Below, piece by piece: positions 8,849 through 19,125 of a stretch of DNA of 64,000 bases. The notes beneath the pieces are model-generated. The model was not told the origin of the DNA and ran no database searches. It saw only the letters and a program-made list of their open reading frames with translations. The position numbers were made by a program, and so were the translations under genes. This DNA is from an uncultured delta proteobacterium (lineage in GTDB: Bacteria; Desulfobacterota; Binatia; UBA9968), in contig CAVYTU010000014.1 of NCBI GenBank assembly GCA_963771465.1, forward strand, positions 864,001 to 928,000, read 5' to 3'. Within the stretch, counting starts at the first letter, position 1. The number at the start of each line of letters is the position of its first letter.

Positions 8849-9823
8849 TTACGTTTTTGCGTAGACCTGACTGTCAACGTCCGTATCTGCGGGCCAGGGC
8901 GACGACAAGGAAAACTCCGCGGCTTTATCCGCCAGTGCGCGCGCCTCGCTTTCAATGGTTTCCAATTGCGCGTCAGTGATCGCTTTCTTGCTTTTCAACA
9001 TGCGGGCGACCCGGGCGATGGGATCTTTTTTCTTCCATTCGGCGAGCTGCGACAACTCGCGGTATTTCGCCGGGTCGCCTTCGTAGTGGCCGCGCATGCG
9101 GTGGGTTAGACATTCCACAAAAACCGGGCCTTTGCCGGCGCGGCATTTTTCCACGGCCTTAGTCATGGCGTCGCGCACGGCGAACAGATCGTTGCCGTCA
9201 ACCGTGCTGGCGGGCATGCCATAGGTCTTCGCATGCTGCGCGAGTCTTTCAATCTTGGTGTGAGCCGACAGCGGCGTGAACTCGGCGTAGCCGTTGTTCT
9301 CGCAAATGAAAATTACCGGCAGGCGCCAAAGGCTCGCGATGTTAAGTGACTCGTGAAACGGCCCGACTTGGCCGGCGCCGTCGCCGAAGAACACTACGGC
9401 AAGCTGGCCTTTCTTTCTCTCCTTGGCAGCGAACGCGGCGCCGAGAGCAAGCGGGATGGTGCCGCCGACGACGCCTGTGGCGGTGATGAAGCCGCACTCT
9501 TTGGCGACGATATGCATTGACCCGCCCTTGCCGCCGCAATAGCCGGTGGCGCGGCCGGCGATCTCGGCCATTAACTTATTCACGTCCGCGCCTTTGGCGA
9601 TGGCATGACCGTGGGAGCGATGACCGCCGTAGACGTAGTCATCGTCGCGCAGCAAACTTAGCGCTCCAACCGCCACCGCTTCCTGGCCGATGCCGAGATG
9701 GAGAAGGCCGACGATCTGCCGTTCGGCATAGAGCGCTGAGACTTTTTCCTCGAAGGCCCGGATGAGCCACATACGGCGCAAGAGATCGATGATGACCTTG
9801 GAAGTTTCTTTTTTGGTGGCCAT
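8849..9823 (-). CDS. acoA: Acetoin/pyruvate dehydrogenase-like E1 alpha subunit (ThDP-binding)
   Basis: HLGIGQEA, HRSHGH, GKGGSMH, ThDP motif GDG...NN, RMRGHYEGDP. Start set at MATKK (9823). Confidence 0.8.
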   Translation of the reverse strand: MATKKETSKVIIDLLRRMWLIRAFEEKVSALYAERQIVGLLHLGIGQEAVAVGALSLLRDDDYVYGGHRSHGHAIAKGADVNKLMAEIAGRATGYCGGKGGSMHIVAKECGFITATGVVGGTIPLALGAAFAAKERKKGQLAVVFFGDGAGQVGPFHESLNIASLWRLPVIFICENNGYAEFTPLSAHTKIERLAQHAKTYGMPASTVDGNDLFAVRDAMTKAVEKCRAGKGPVFVECLTHRMRGHYEGDPAKYRELSQLAEWKKKDPIARVARMLKSKKAITDAQLETIESEARALADKAAEFSLSSPWPADTDVDSQVYAKT

Positions 9824-9895
9824 GAACGTGAGCAAATTGCGCCGCGGATGGTATCGGATAAACCCGAACTCAAAACTCGAAACCAGAAAATTTCT

Positions 9896-10867
9896 TTAAG
9901 CTACCGCCGCCCGTATGGCATCCATGATGCGCGACTCGGACGGACCGATATGCGCTTCCAGCGGTGGGCTGTAGGGCACCGGCACATCGAGCGTCGAGAC
10001 GCGGCGGATGCGCGTCTTGAGTTTGTCGAAGCCGGATTCGGCGATACGCGCGGCGATCTCGGCGGCAACGCCGCAGCTTTGATGCGTCTCGTCGGCGATC
10101 ACGACGCGGTGGGTTTTTTCAACCGAAGAAAGAATCGCAGCGAGGTCGAACGGCACGAGCGTGCGCGGATCGACGACTTCGACTTCGATGCCTTCCTTGG
10201 CGAGCTTGGCGGCGGCCTGAAGAGCGACCTGCACCGTGTAGGAAGTTGCAATCAGCGTAACGTCGCTACCAGGACGCTTGATGTCGGCGACACCGAACGG
10301 AATCGGTTTATCGTTCTCGGGAACCTCGCCGCGGATATCGAGCAGTCTGGTGTGATCGACAAAGATCGTCGGGTTGTCACTGGCGACGGCGGTTTTGAGC
10401 AGACCTTTGACGTCGCGCGGCGACGACGGAATGACGATCTCCAATCCCGGAACGTTCCACAGCATCGCTTGCGGACTGCCGGAGTGCTGCGCCGCACCGC
10501 CGCCGCGCAAGCCATGAAACAGATGAAACACAACCGGCACACGGGTCTGGCCGCCGGACATTGAGAACGCATTGGCAGCTTCGTTGGCGACCTGCGGCCA
10601 AGCTTCATAAATAAAACTGCCTGTGCTCAGATCGACGATCGGTCTGAGCCCGGCCATCGCCGCGCCGGTGGCGAGACCGCAAAAGCCCAGCTCGGAGATC
10701 GGCGGCGCGATCATACGCTCGCGGAATTTCTTTTGCAGGTTTTGATAAATGTGGCGGTGCGGACTGAGGCTTAGAAACGTGCCGTTGATCAAATGGACGC
10801 GCTCGTCGGCCGTCATGATTTCGTCGAGCGCCTCGAACTTAGCTTCGTAGTATGCGAGTTCTCTCAT
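9896..10867 (-). CDS. Divergent ThDP-dependent E1 beta subunit
   Basis: PPISELG, GLRPIVD, AAQHSGS, VDPRTLVPFD present; GEDV-GG motif absent. Confidence 0.88.
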   Translation of the reverse strand: MRELAYYEAKFEALDEIMTADERVHLINGTFLSLSPHRHIYQNLQKKFRERMIAPPISELGFCGLATGAAMAGLRPIVDLSTGSFIYEAWPQVANEAANAFSMSGGQTRVPVVFHLFHGLRGGGAAQHSGSPQAMLWNVPGLEIVIPSSPRDVKGLLKTAVASDNPTIFVDHTRLLDIRGEVPENDKPIPFGVADIKRPGSDVTLIATSYTVQVALQAAAKLAKEGIEVEVVDPRTLVPFDLAAILSSVEKTHRVVIADETHQSCGVAAEIAARIAESGFDKLKTRIRRVSTLDVPVPYSPPLEAHIGPSESRIMDAIRAAVA

Positions 10868-10876
10868 GGTCGATTC

Positions 10877-11896
10877 TTAGGCGAAGAAGCCTCGCTCGGC
10901 TTCTTCCGCTTTCGGAAACGGGCTGTTGACGGCAAACTCGACGGCTGCGGCGATGTCCGTTTTAACCGCGCGCTCGATGGTGGCGACCTCGTCGCGCGAA
11001 GCTTGACTTGCCTGCACCAACTCTCGAATGTACACCAGCAACGGATCGGCGCTGTGATACCACTCGCGGGCTTTCTCCGGCACGGCGCTGACGTCCCACG
11101 CCAGCGCTGTGTCGGTTGGCACCGGTATGGTGGGCCAATTGGTTTCGCTGCCGGGATAGCGAACCGTTTGAGCTTCGACGAACTGCGGCCCGCCGCCGGC
11201 GCGGATTTTTTCCACAGCCGCGGAAATCGTCGCGTGCACCAGGCCGGCATCGATGCCGTCAATCTGCTGCGCCGGAATTTTGTAGGCTTTTGGCAGATCG
11301 GTCAACGGATAAGCGGCCATCGAGCTTGACTGCGCCGCGGCGACCGCGCGCCCAGTGCCGTACTTACCGTTGTTCTCGCAGAGAAACAGCACCGGCAATT
11401 TTAACAGCGAGGCGAGATTGAACGCCTCGGGCGCCGCGCCTTCTTCGAGGGAGCCGTCACCGAACAGGCAAACCGTGATGCGGCCGTTTTTTTGCGCCTT
11501 GGCCGCGTAGGCTGTGCCGGTCGAGAGCGGAATGATGCCGGCGACGACGCCGGAGCTGTGCAGAAATCCTAGCGACGGCGCGACGGAATGAAATGAACCG
11601 CCCTTGCCTTTATTCAAGCCGTCGAGGCGGCCGAGGATTTCCGCAAACAGCCGCTTGGGCTCGGCGCCGCGGGCGAGTAGGTGGCCATGGTTTCTGTGGG
11701 TCGTGAAGAGATAATCGTCGGCGCGCAGACAAGCGAGCGCCGGCACGCCGGTTGCCTCTTGGCCCACGTAGAGATGATAGTGGCCGCCGAAAACACCTTT
11801 GTCGTGCAGCGTCACCAGACTTTCCTCAAAATGGCGAATGACGAACATGCGCCGGCACAGTTCCAACAAATTTTCCCGTGGCAAATTAGGCAACAT
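10877..11896 (-). CDS. Divergent ThDP-dependent E1 alpha subunit
   Basis: HLYVGQEA, THRNHGH, GKGGSFH, GDGS...ENN; the usual RxxGHxxxD loop reads RYPGSETN. Confidence 0.88.
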   Translation of the reverse strand: MLPNLPRENLLELCRRMFVIRHFEESLVTLHDKGVFGGHYHLYVGQEATGVPALACLRADDYLFTTHRNHGHLLARGAEPKRLFAEILGRLDGLNKGKGGSFHSVAPSLGFLHSSGVVAGIIPLSTGTAYAAKAQKNGRITVCLFGDGSLEEGAAPEAFNLASLLKLPVLFLCENNGKYGTGRAVAAAQSSSMAAYPLTDLPKAYKIPAQQIDGIDAGLVHATISAAVEKIRAGGGPQFVEAQTVRYPGSETNWPTIPVPTDTALAWDVSAVPEKAREWYHSADPLLVYIRELVQASQASRDEVATIERAVKTDIAAAVEFAVNSPFPKAEEAERGFFA

Positions 11897-12016
11897 GATG
11901 GCTCTGGCTTATTTCAATTTAACTGCGTTTGTCAACGCTGAGCCGGCGCATTGACATTGCGCGTGCCGCTCGACTAAATGCCGGGAAGAGAGTGCTCGTG
12001 ACGGAGGTTTTTCGCC

Positions 12017-13015
12017 ATGAACAGAGAACGGTTTTGGCTGGCGCTCGTGTTGACGACAAACTTATTGCTGCCGTCGATTCTTTTCGCCCAAGCAGGCGCA
12101 CTCAAGAAAGTTCAGGTCGGCGTGCCGGCCATCAGCATGGGCAATATCGTCATTTACTTCACCAAGGAAGCAAAAATCTTTGAGAAGCACGGTCTCGATG
12201 TCGAACCGGTGGCGGTGGCCGGCTCAGGCATCGCTTCCAAAGCGCTGATTTCAGGGAGCGTACAAATCTCGCCCATTGCAACGCCGACGGTGATGAGCTC
12301 GGTGCTCGCGGGCTCCGACATGGTGATCCTCGCGCACACCATGCCGGGCGTCATTCAATACTTGATGGCGCGCTCGGACATCAAGCGCACCGAAGACATC
12401 AAGGGCAAGACCATCGGCGTGACGACCTTCGGCTCGCTCACTGATTTCCTGGTCAAGCATCTGGCCAAACAAAAAGGACTCAACCCGGACAAAGACTTCG
12501 CCATGCTCCAAATCGGTTCCGACAGCGATCGCTTCATCTCCATGCAGCAGGGCAGAATACCCATGGCTACGCTCTCCCATCCGAACTATATCTTCGCGCA
12601 ACGGGCGGGGTTCCATGTGCTGTGGGATTTTTTCAAGGAAGTCGATTACCCTTGGAGCGAGATCGCGACCACGCGCACGCAGATCAAACAAGATAGAGAC
12701 TTGGTGATGCGCTACATGCGCGCCCATGTCGAAGGGATCGCTCGTTTCAAGCAGGAACCGGAATTGGGTAAACGAGTGATCAAGAAAATGCTGCGCTTGA
12801 ACGACGATGCGATGGCGCAGGAATCATGGGAACTCTTTTCCAAGCACCGCTTGGCGGCGCCGTATCCAAACATCAAAGGCATGAAGACGAGTTACGAATA
12901 TGTCGCGGCGACCCGGCCAGACGTCTACAAACACAAGCCCGAAGAGTTCATCGACGCGAGTTTCGTCGAAGAGCTCGACAAGAGCGGGTTTATTAAAAAG
13001 CTTTACGAAAAGTAA
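12017..13015 (+). CDS. NitT/TauT (NMT1/SsuA-like) ABC substrate-binding protein
   Basis: Signal peptide; KIFEKHGLDVE; DIKGKTIGVTTFGSLTD; paralog of the gene at 2..871; GGAGG RBS. Confidence 0.9.
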   Translation: MNRERFWLALVLTTNLLLPSILFAQAGALKKVQVGVPAISMGNIVIYFTKEAKIFEKHGLDVEPVAVAGSGIASKALISGSVQISPIATPTVMSSVLAGSDMVILAHTMPGVIQYLMARSDIKRTEDIKGKTIGVTTFGSLTDFLVKHLAKQKGLNPDKDFAMLQIGSDSDRFISMQQGRIPMATLSHPNYIFAQRAGFHVLWDFFKEVDYPWSEIATTRTQIKQDRDLVMRYMRAHVEGIARFKQEPELGKRVIKKMLRLNDDAMAQESWELFSKHRLAAPYPNIKGMKTSYEYVAATRPDVYKHKPEEFIDASFVEELDKSGFIKKLYEK

Positions 13016-13024
13016 TCAGAGAAG

Positions 13025-13954
13025 ATGAAAGTCCGCATCGGGATACAACTCGGGCAGTGGCCGAGTCGCGACATCCAGCCCGAAGCGGTGTTCGATCTGA
13101 TTGACTTCTTCGAAGCGCTCGATGTCGATTCGATCTGGGTGAGCGACCGGTTGGTTTCGACGGCGCTGACCCTCGAACCTGTGACATTCCTTTCCTACAT
13201 TGCCGGAAGACTGCGCAAGATGAAGTTCGGCACCAGCACGTTGGTTTTGCCGACGCGCAATCCCGTCGTGCTCGCTAAAGAACTTGCGACTCTCGATTTT
13301 CTTTCGCAAGGGCGTTTTTTTCCGGCCATCGGTCTCGGTGGGGAGGAGTCGAGAGATTTACAGGCGGTCGGCGTAAACAAAAAGGAACGCGCCGGCCGCA
13401 CCGACGAGATGATCGTGCTCATGCGCCGGCTTTGGACCGAAGAAAATGTGACATTCACTGGAAAATATTTTTCTGTCGACGATGCGACGGTCACGCCGCG
13501 GCCGTGGCAGAAAAACGGCCCGCCGATTTGGATCGGTGGAAGAAGTGAAGCTGCGCTCCGGCGAACTGGACGACTGGGCGATGGCTGGTTGGTGTCGTCG
13601 GTGTCGCCGGCTGAAGTCGAAGCCGGGATTAAAACCATCCGCCGCTATGCGGCGGAAGCGAACCGAGAAGTTCCCGATGATCACTACGGTGTGCTGATTC
13701 CGTTTTATTTTGCCGACAATGCTGACAAAGCTTTCGACATTGGCGGGCGCTCAATCCGTCCGCGCGCAGATTTATCGATGACCGACTTCACGGCCTTCGG
13801 CACAGCAGACAACGTACGCGCCAAAGTCCAGGCTTACATCGCCGCCGGTGCGACCAAGTTCATCATGCGCCCCTGCGGCCCGTTTGCCGGGTGGCGGGAG
13901 CAAGTGGGAATCTTGGCGAAGGAAGTGATCGGGCCGCTGCAAACGTCCAGCTGA
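13025..13954 (+). CDS. LLM-class flavin/F420-dependent oxidoreductase
   Basis: SIWVSDR, RNPVVLAKELATLDFLSQGR, PPIWIGGRSEAALRRTGRLGDGW. Confidence 0.92.
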   Translation: MKVRIGIQLGQWPSRDIQPEAVFDLIDFFEALDVDSIWVSDRLVSTALTLEPVTFLSYIAGRLRKMKFGTSTLVLPTRNPVVLAKELATLDFLSQGRFFPAIGLGGEESRDLQAVGVNKKERAGRTDEMIVLMRRLWTEENVTFTGKYFSVDDATVTPRPWQKNGPPIWIGGRSEAALRRTGRLGDGWLVSSVSPAEVEAGIKTIRRYAAEANREVPDDHYGVLIPFYFADNADKAFDIGGRSIRPRADLSMTDFTAFGTADNVRAKVQAYIAAGATKFIMRPCGPFAGWREQVGILAKEVIGPLQTSS

Positions 13955-13969
13955 TTAAATACAATCACT

Positions 13970-14968
13970 TCAAAAACCAGCCGGATCATTTACCAACACC
14001 GCCGCTCCCTGAATCGTTCCCGTAAGCAATCGATGCAACGCTTCGTTAGCGTCTTCTAACGGAAAGGATTCCACTTGTGTTCGCACGGGCACTTTTGGCG
14101 CGAGCGCCATGAATTCTTCGGCGTCGCGGCGAGTGAGATTGGCGACGGAGCAGATCGAGCGTTCCTGCCAGAGAATTGAGTACGGGAAAGAAGGGATATC
14201 GCTCATATGGATGCCGCCGCAGACGACCGTGCCGCCTTTGCCGACGGCTTTCAGAGCTTGCGGAACTAACTCGCCCGCCGGCGCGAAGATGATTGCCGCA
14301 TCGAGCTTTACCGGTGGCGATTGGTTCGAACCGCCGGCCCAAGCCGCGCCGAGACTCATGGCGAAGTTTTTTGCGTCCGTATCATCTGTTCGCGTGAATG
14401 CGTAGATTTCTCGCCGTTGGTATTTCGCCACCTGGGCGATGATGTGGGCGGCGGCGCCGAAGCCATAGATGCCGAGCCGTTTGCCGTTGCCGGCTTTGAC
14501 TAAGCTTCGGTAGCCGATCAAGCCGGCGCACAGGAGCGGTGCGGCTTCCGCGTCGCTGTAAGAGTCGGAAATTGGAAAACAGAATCGCTGATCGGCAACC
14601 GCATACTGCGCATAGCCGCCGTCGAGCGTGTAGCCTGTGAATTTCGCATCGTCGCAAAGATTTTCTTGGCCGTTCTTACAATACGCGCATTCGTCGCACG
14701 TCCATCCGAGCCATGGTATGCCGATGCGGTCGCCGATCTTAAAGCGCGTGATTGCTTCGCCTAGCTCCGCTACGACACCGATGATTTCATGACCGAGGAT
14801 CAGCGGCAGTTTTGCTTGTGTCAACTCACCGTCGACGATGTGCAGATCGGTGCGGCAGACGGCGCAAGCGTGAACGCGGATTAAGAGTTGTCCTGGCCCG
14901 GGCTTCGGTGTTGGCACGTTGGCTGCCCGCAGCGCCTTACCGGGAGTATCGAGAACCATTGCCCGCAT
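13970..14968 (-). CDS. Zinc-dependent alcohol dehydrogenase (AdhP-like)
   Basis: CRTDLH, GHE, structural zinc CxxCxxC-x7-C, GIYGFGAAAH. Confidence 0.93.
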   Translation of the reverse strand: MRAMVLDTPGKALRAANVPTPKPGPGQLLIRVHACAVCRTDLHIVDGELTQAKLPLILGHEIIGVVAELGEAITRFKIGDRIGIPWLGWTCDECAYCKNGQENLCDDAKFTGYTLDGGYAQYAVADQRFCFPISDSYSDAEAAPLLCAGLIGYRSLVKAGNGKRLGIYGFGAAAHIIAQVAKYQRREIYAFTRTDDTDAKNFAMSLGAAWAGGSNQSPPVKLDAAIIFAPAGELVPQALKAVGKGGTVVCGGIHMSDIPSFPYSILWQERSICSVANLTRRDAEEFMALAPKVPVRTQVESFPLEDANEALHRLLTGTIQGAAVLVNDPAGF

Positions 14969-15212
14969 AATCTAATTCACTTCTATCCAAACCGTCAAAA
15001 GTGAAATTGGCCATCGTATCTGCAAGTATGACGGCCTCGACTTGAGAATCGATTTTCATAGTCGACTTTTCCAAGCGTCCAACACTTAACGTATACACCC
15101 ACGAGAAGCATTGATAGGCAAAAGACTCTGGCACGAATATCATTATCTCGGCGATGACACTGAGCCGACGTGCAAGGAGGCGGATTTCAAAGACTGATTA
15201 GCAACGCCGCTA

Positions 15213-15521
15213 CTAATCCAAGTCAATGTCTTTAAGCGGTTTTTCGAGCGGTTCTTCCTTGGCTTTCTTGAATAGTTCTTGGAACTTGGCTTCGAGGACT
15301 TTGGATTTATTTTTTTCTGCTTCGGCGAGCTGTTTGTATTTCTCGTCGCGGCGGCCGGCTTCTCCCTTGACCTGATTCAGGGCGTCTTGCATGTTCACTA
15401 CCACTTGCGGCTTGACCGGCATTTTGTGGTCTAAGACGACGGCAAGCGTCGGATCGATGGTCAGCATGGCGTCGCAGCAAGGACAGGCGACATGGATGGG
15501 TTTGGTTTCGTTTATGGACAT
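15213..15521 (-). CDS. Small hypothetical protein with CPCC motif and charged helical C-terminus
   Basis: VACPCCDAMLTID followed by a Lys/Glu-rich segment; GGAG RBS; same strand as the upstream VOC gene. Confidence 0.75.
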   Translation of the reverse strand: MSINETKPIHVACPCCDAMLTIDPTLAVVLDHKMPVKPQVVVNMQDALNQVKGEAGRRDEKYKQLAEAEKNKSKVLEAKFQELFKKAKEEPLEKPLKDIDLD

Positions 15522-15571
15522 ATATGAAGCTCCTCGCCATGAGGCGCGAGTTTCCTCGTGCCTCGTGTTTT

Positions 15572-15940
15572 TTATCCCCTCAACTCAATCTGCTCGCCGT
15601 CCGGGCCGCCAAAGACGACGCGGCGCCAGCCGTTTTCTCTCGGCTCGCGGGCGGCGGTGTCGTGCGGCGCGCGCACCAACTTCACGCCGTCTTTCTGAAG
15701 CTTTTCCACGGTGGCGTCGAAGCCGTCGGTCTCCAGGCAAAAATGAAATCCCTGCATGGCGCCGTCGGTGTGGTGAGTCAATTCTAGCACGGTATCGCCC
15801 AACTTGAGATAGGCGATCTGCAAGCCGCTGCCGGCGGCGTGCTGGAAATAATGCTTGAAACCGAAATGGCGCTCATAAAACTGCACCGAGCGGTCCAGAT
15901 CCGAGACATGTAGGGCGACGTGATCGATGCGCTTGAACAT
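15572..15940 (-). CDS. VOC/glyoxalase family protein
   Basis: IDHVALHVSDLDRSVQFY ... HFCL ... GPDGEQIEL; AAGGAG RBS before ATG 15940. Confidence 0.9.
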   Translation of the reverse strand: MFKRIDHVALHVSDLDRSVQFYERHFGFKHYFQHAAGSGLQIAYLKLGDTVLELTHHTDGAMQGFHFCLETDGFDATVEKLQKDGVKLVRAPHDTAAREPRENGWRRVVFGGPDGEQIELRG

Positions 15941-16056
15941 GACTTGCTCCTTGACGAGAAGCATAGGCTTTCGGCCGGTGCCTTTGCAAGTTGATTAAAC
16001 GAACGTGAAAATTTCCCACGGGCGAGTTAGAATGGCATCGCTAGTTGGGTTGACCG

Positions 16057-16746
16057 ATGCCGATCTTTCGCCTTATCGACGATATGGTTTTTCCGCCGCC
16101 GGATTATGCCGATGCTAGCGGTCTGATCGCCGTCGGCGGTGATCTCTCCAGCGATCGGCTCTTGGAAGCCTATCGGGTCGGCATCTTTCCATGGTATTCG
16201 GAAGATCAGCCGCTGCTCTGGTGGTCGCCCGATCCTCGTTTGGTCCTGCATCTCGACAAATTCAAAATTGGCCGAAGCCTGCGAAAGACGCTGAAGAAGG
16301 ACATCTTCAAAGTCACTTTCGACCGAGTCTTCGAGGAGGTTATAGCAGCCTGCGCGGCCGTGCCGCGAGACGGTCAACAGGGCACCTGGATCACCAAGGA
16401 AATGCAGGAGGCGTACATCAACTTGCATGGCTTGGGTTATGCGCACTCGGTCGAAACCTGGTTCGAGGGTAAGCTGGTAGGCGGGCTGTACGGTGTGTCC
16501 TTAGGCAAGGCATTCTTCGGCGAGTCGATGTTTCACCACAAGACTGACGCCTCGAAGGTTGCGTTGGCGACGTTGGTGGAGCGGCTCAACGCTTGGGGCT
16601 TTCGCTTTATCGACGCGCAGATGACCACGGAGCATTTACTTAGCCTCGGCGCCATCGAACTTTCCCGGCGAATATTTTTAAAGCAGCTTCAGTCCGCGCT
16701 ACGCCATCCGACCAAGCGCGGTAAGTGGCGCATCGATCAATTGTGA
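16057..16746 (+). CDS. aat: Leucyl/phenylalanyl-tRNA--protein transferase
   Basis: GGDLSSDRLLEAYRVGIFPW, LWWSPDPR, AHSVETW, FFGESMF, DASKVA. Confidence 0.97.
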   Translation: MPIFRLIDDMVFPPPDYADASGLIAVGGDLSSDRLLEAYRVGIFPWYSEDQPLLWWSPDPRLVLHLDKFKIGRSLRKTLKKDIFKVTFDRVFEEVIAACAAVPRDGQQGTWITKEMQEAYINLHGLGYAHSVETWFEGKLVGGLYGVSLGKAFFGESMFHHKTDASKVALATLVERLNAWGFRFIDAQMTTEHLLSLGAIELSRRIFLKQLQSALRHPTKRGKWRIDQL

Positions 16747-16787
16747 ATTAACCCGGCCGCAGATCGATTGCTTTTCAAACCCCGCGA

Positions 16788-17309
16788 TTACTCCGCGTCT
16801 CGTAGCAGGGTTTCGATGGATTTCGCCGAGGGAAACTCGATGATCAACAGGATCAGGCTCAGCAGCGAAAGCAGAATCTGATCGGCAACGAAGCGGCCGA
16901 GGAATGCCAAGACAAAACCGTAGACCGCGATGGCTTCGATGATCGCGTAAAGCACGACTTTGCGCGTCACCAACGTCGAGACGATAAATGCGGCATTCTC
17001 TTCGGCGCCGCCTTGGAATTCTTCTAGAGCGCGAAACAGCTTGGATTTGCGGGCGTCGCGCTTGATCGCCGCGGCACTGAGATTTCGATCGCGCCAATAA
17101 AAATAGTAGCCGAGATCGATGAGCGTCAGCAGCCAGAAAATAATTCGCGCCGGCTCGGCGATAGCGGGATTGGTGCCGACGTTGGGATTCGCCAGCACGT
17201 AACTCGCGATGACGTTATAGATCGGAATTGAGATCACGAAGAAGCTCCACAGGATCACCGCCGCGCCGCGCTGGTCGAGTAGGATTTTTTTAAATTCAGG
17301 TCGAATCAT
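16788..17309 (-). CDS. Hypothetical membrane protein (about 4 TM segments)
   Basis: Hydrophobic segments; GGAGG RBS; fills the gap between neighbouring genes. Confidence 0.7.
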   Translation of the reverse strand: MIRPEFKKILLDQRGAAVILWSFFVISIPIYNVIASYVLANPNVGTNPAIAEPARIIFWLLTLIDLGYYFYWRDRNLSAAAIKRDARKSKLFRALEEFQGGAEENAAFIVSTLVTRKVVLYAIIEAIAVYGFVLAFLGRFVADQILLSLLSLILLIIEFPSAKSIETLLRDAE

Positions 17310-17456
17310 CGGTCCTCCCGAACCGGCAAATTAACACACCCCATCATGATCTGTCTCGCGTATTCGCGGCTTACTGAACTGCGCCGCCGCGGATTCCTTG
17401 TCGGGTGTGGGCCGTGGTGATATAGCGACGAAGAGTAGTCAAAACAGGAGTGAAAC

Positions 17457-19049
17457 ATGGCTGAGTTCGATATCGTGATCCACGGCGGCAGGGTGATCGA
17501 CGGCACCGGCAATCCCTGGTTTTACGGCGACGTTGGGATCAAAGACGGCAAGATTGTCAGCATCGGCAAGATCAATCCCGACGCCGGCAAGCGCGCCATC
17601 GCGGCGAAAGGTCACGTCGTCACACCCGGTTACATCGACATGCACACTCATAGTGACCAGCCGCTCGTCGCTGACGGCAACGCCGAGAGCAAAGTGCGCC
17701 AAGGTGTCACGCTCGACATCATCGGCGAAAGCCAGACCGTGGCGCCGCTGGAAGGCGCGATTCTTGAAGAGTACCGCGCCGAGCATCGCAAGCGTAACGG
17801 CATTGAAACCGATTGGTCGACGTTCACCGGCTACTTCAAGACGGTCATGCGCGGCGGGATTTCGATCAACGTCGCTTCCGGCGTGTCACCGCAGCAAGTC
17901 AAGCGTGTGGTGTGCGGTTTCGAAGAGCGACCGGCCAATTCCAATGAGCAAGAAAAAATGAATCGGTTGGTGGCGCAGGCGATGGAAGAGGGCGCCCTCG
18001 GCCTCACCGCTGCGTGGCATGCCAAGGGGCCGGAGAATCCCGAAGAAGTAGTCGAGATGGCGAAAGTCGCCAAGCGCTACGGCGGATATTACGGCGTGCA
18101 TGTCGGCAGCGAAGGTTTCGACATGATGGAAGAGCTGGCGAAGATGCTCCGGGTCGCGCGCGGCTCGAGGATTCCCGTCCACGTCTATCATTTGAAGATG
18201 CGCGCCAAGGCCAACTGGGGCAGGATTCGCCAGGTCATCGAACAGCTCGAAGAGGCGCGCCGCGAAGGTTTGGAGATCACTGCCAATCAGTATCCTTACA
18301 CCGCCATGCAGCATCCCTGGCGCCGGCTGTTTCCGCGCTGGGTGCAGGACGCGCCGGTGAACGAGACCATTGCGCAATTCAAAAATCCGGATTTCCGCGA
18401 GCGCGTGATCAAAGACAAGGAGTTCAACCAGTACGTCGACGAGCACGGCGGCTGGGAAGGAATCGTTGCGGCGCGGCTGGATACGGAGTCTTTAAAGCAG
18501 TACGAAGGCATGCCGATCGCCGAGATCGCACGGATGCGCGAGCGGGATCCGGTCAGCACAGTCTTTGATCTGATCTACGAAGAAGGCAGCTTCATCCACG
18601 GCGTGCACCACACGATGAACGAAGACGACGTGAAGGCGGTGATGCGCGTGCCGTGGGTATCGATCGGCTCCGACGGCAGCGCGCTCAATCAAAAATATCC
18701 TGGCAAACCGCACCCGCGCAGCTTCGGCACCAATCCGAGAGTACTCGGCAAATACACCCGCGAGGAAAAAGTTCTCACTTTGGAAGACGCCGTGCGCAAA
18801 ATGACTTCTATGCCAGCGCAAGTACTCGGGCTCAAGGATCGCGGTTTATTGCGCGAGGGTTTTTGCGGCGATGTCGTTATTCTCGATCCCGACACCGTAG
18901 CCGACACGGCGACCTACGATGATCCCAAACAGTATCCCAAGGGAATTCCCTACGTCCTGGTAAACGGCACGGTGGTCATAGATAATGGCCAGCATACCGG
19001 GGCGCGGCCGGGGAAAGTCGTTTATGGGCCGGGGTATGTGGGAAAGTAA
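17457..19049 (+). CDS. N-acyl-D-amino-acid deacylase (D-aminoacylase family)
   Basis: VIDGTGNPW, PGYIDMHTHSD, YPYTA, IGSDG, PHPRSFGT, LEDAVRKMTSMPA. Confidence 0.93.
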   Translation: MAEFDIVIHGGRVIDGTGNPWFYGDVGIKDGKIVSIGKINPDAGKRAIAAKGHVVTPGYIDMHTHSDQPLVADGNAESKVRQGVTLDIIGESQTVAPLEGAILEEYRAEHRKRNGIETDWSTFTGYFKTVMRGGISINVASGVSPQQVKRVVCGFEERPANSNEQEKMNRLVAQAMEEGALGLTAAWHAKGPENPEEVVEMAKVAKRYGGYYGVHVGSEGFDMMEELAKMLRVARGSRIPVHVYHLKMRAKANWGRIRQVIEQLEEARREGLEITANQYPYTAMQHPWRRLFPRWVQDAPVNETIAQFKNPDFRERVIKDKEFNQYVDEHGGWEGIVAARLDTESLKQYEGMPIAEIARMRERDPVSTVFDLIYEEGSFIHGVHHTMNEDDVKAVMRVPWVSIGSDGSALNQKYPGKPHPRSFGTNPRVLGKYTREEKVLTLEDAVRKMTSMPAQVLGLKDRGLLREGFCGDVVILDPDTVADTATYDDPKQYPKGIPYVLVNGTVVIDNGQHTGARPGKVVYGPGYVGK

Positions 19050-19125
19050 AAATTAAAAAGACAAAGTAAAAAAGGGAAGCTCGACCGCCGTCAAACCAGA
19101 GACCAGAGATAGGATACGAATTATT

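Noticed and set aside
15129-15144. TGGCACG as a sigma54 promoter
   Set aside because: Good -24 box but no TTGC at -12, and no plus-strand gene downstream.
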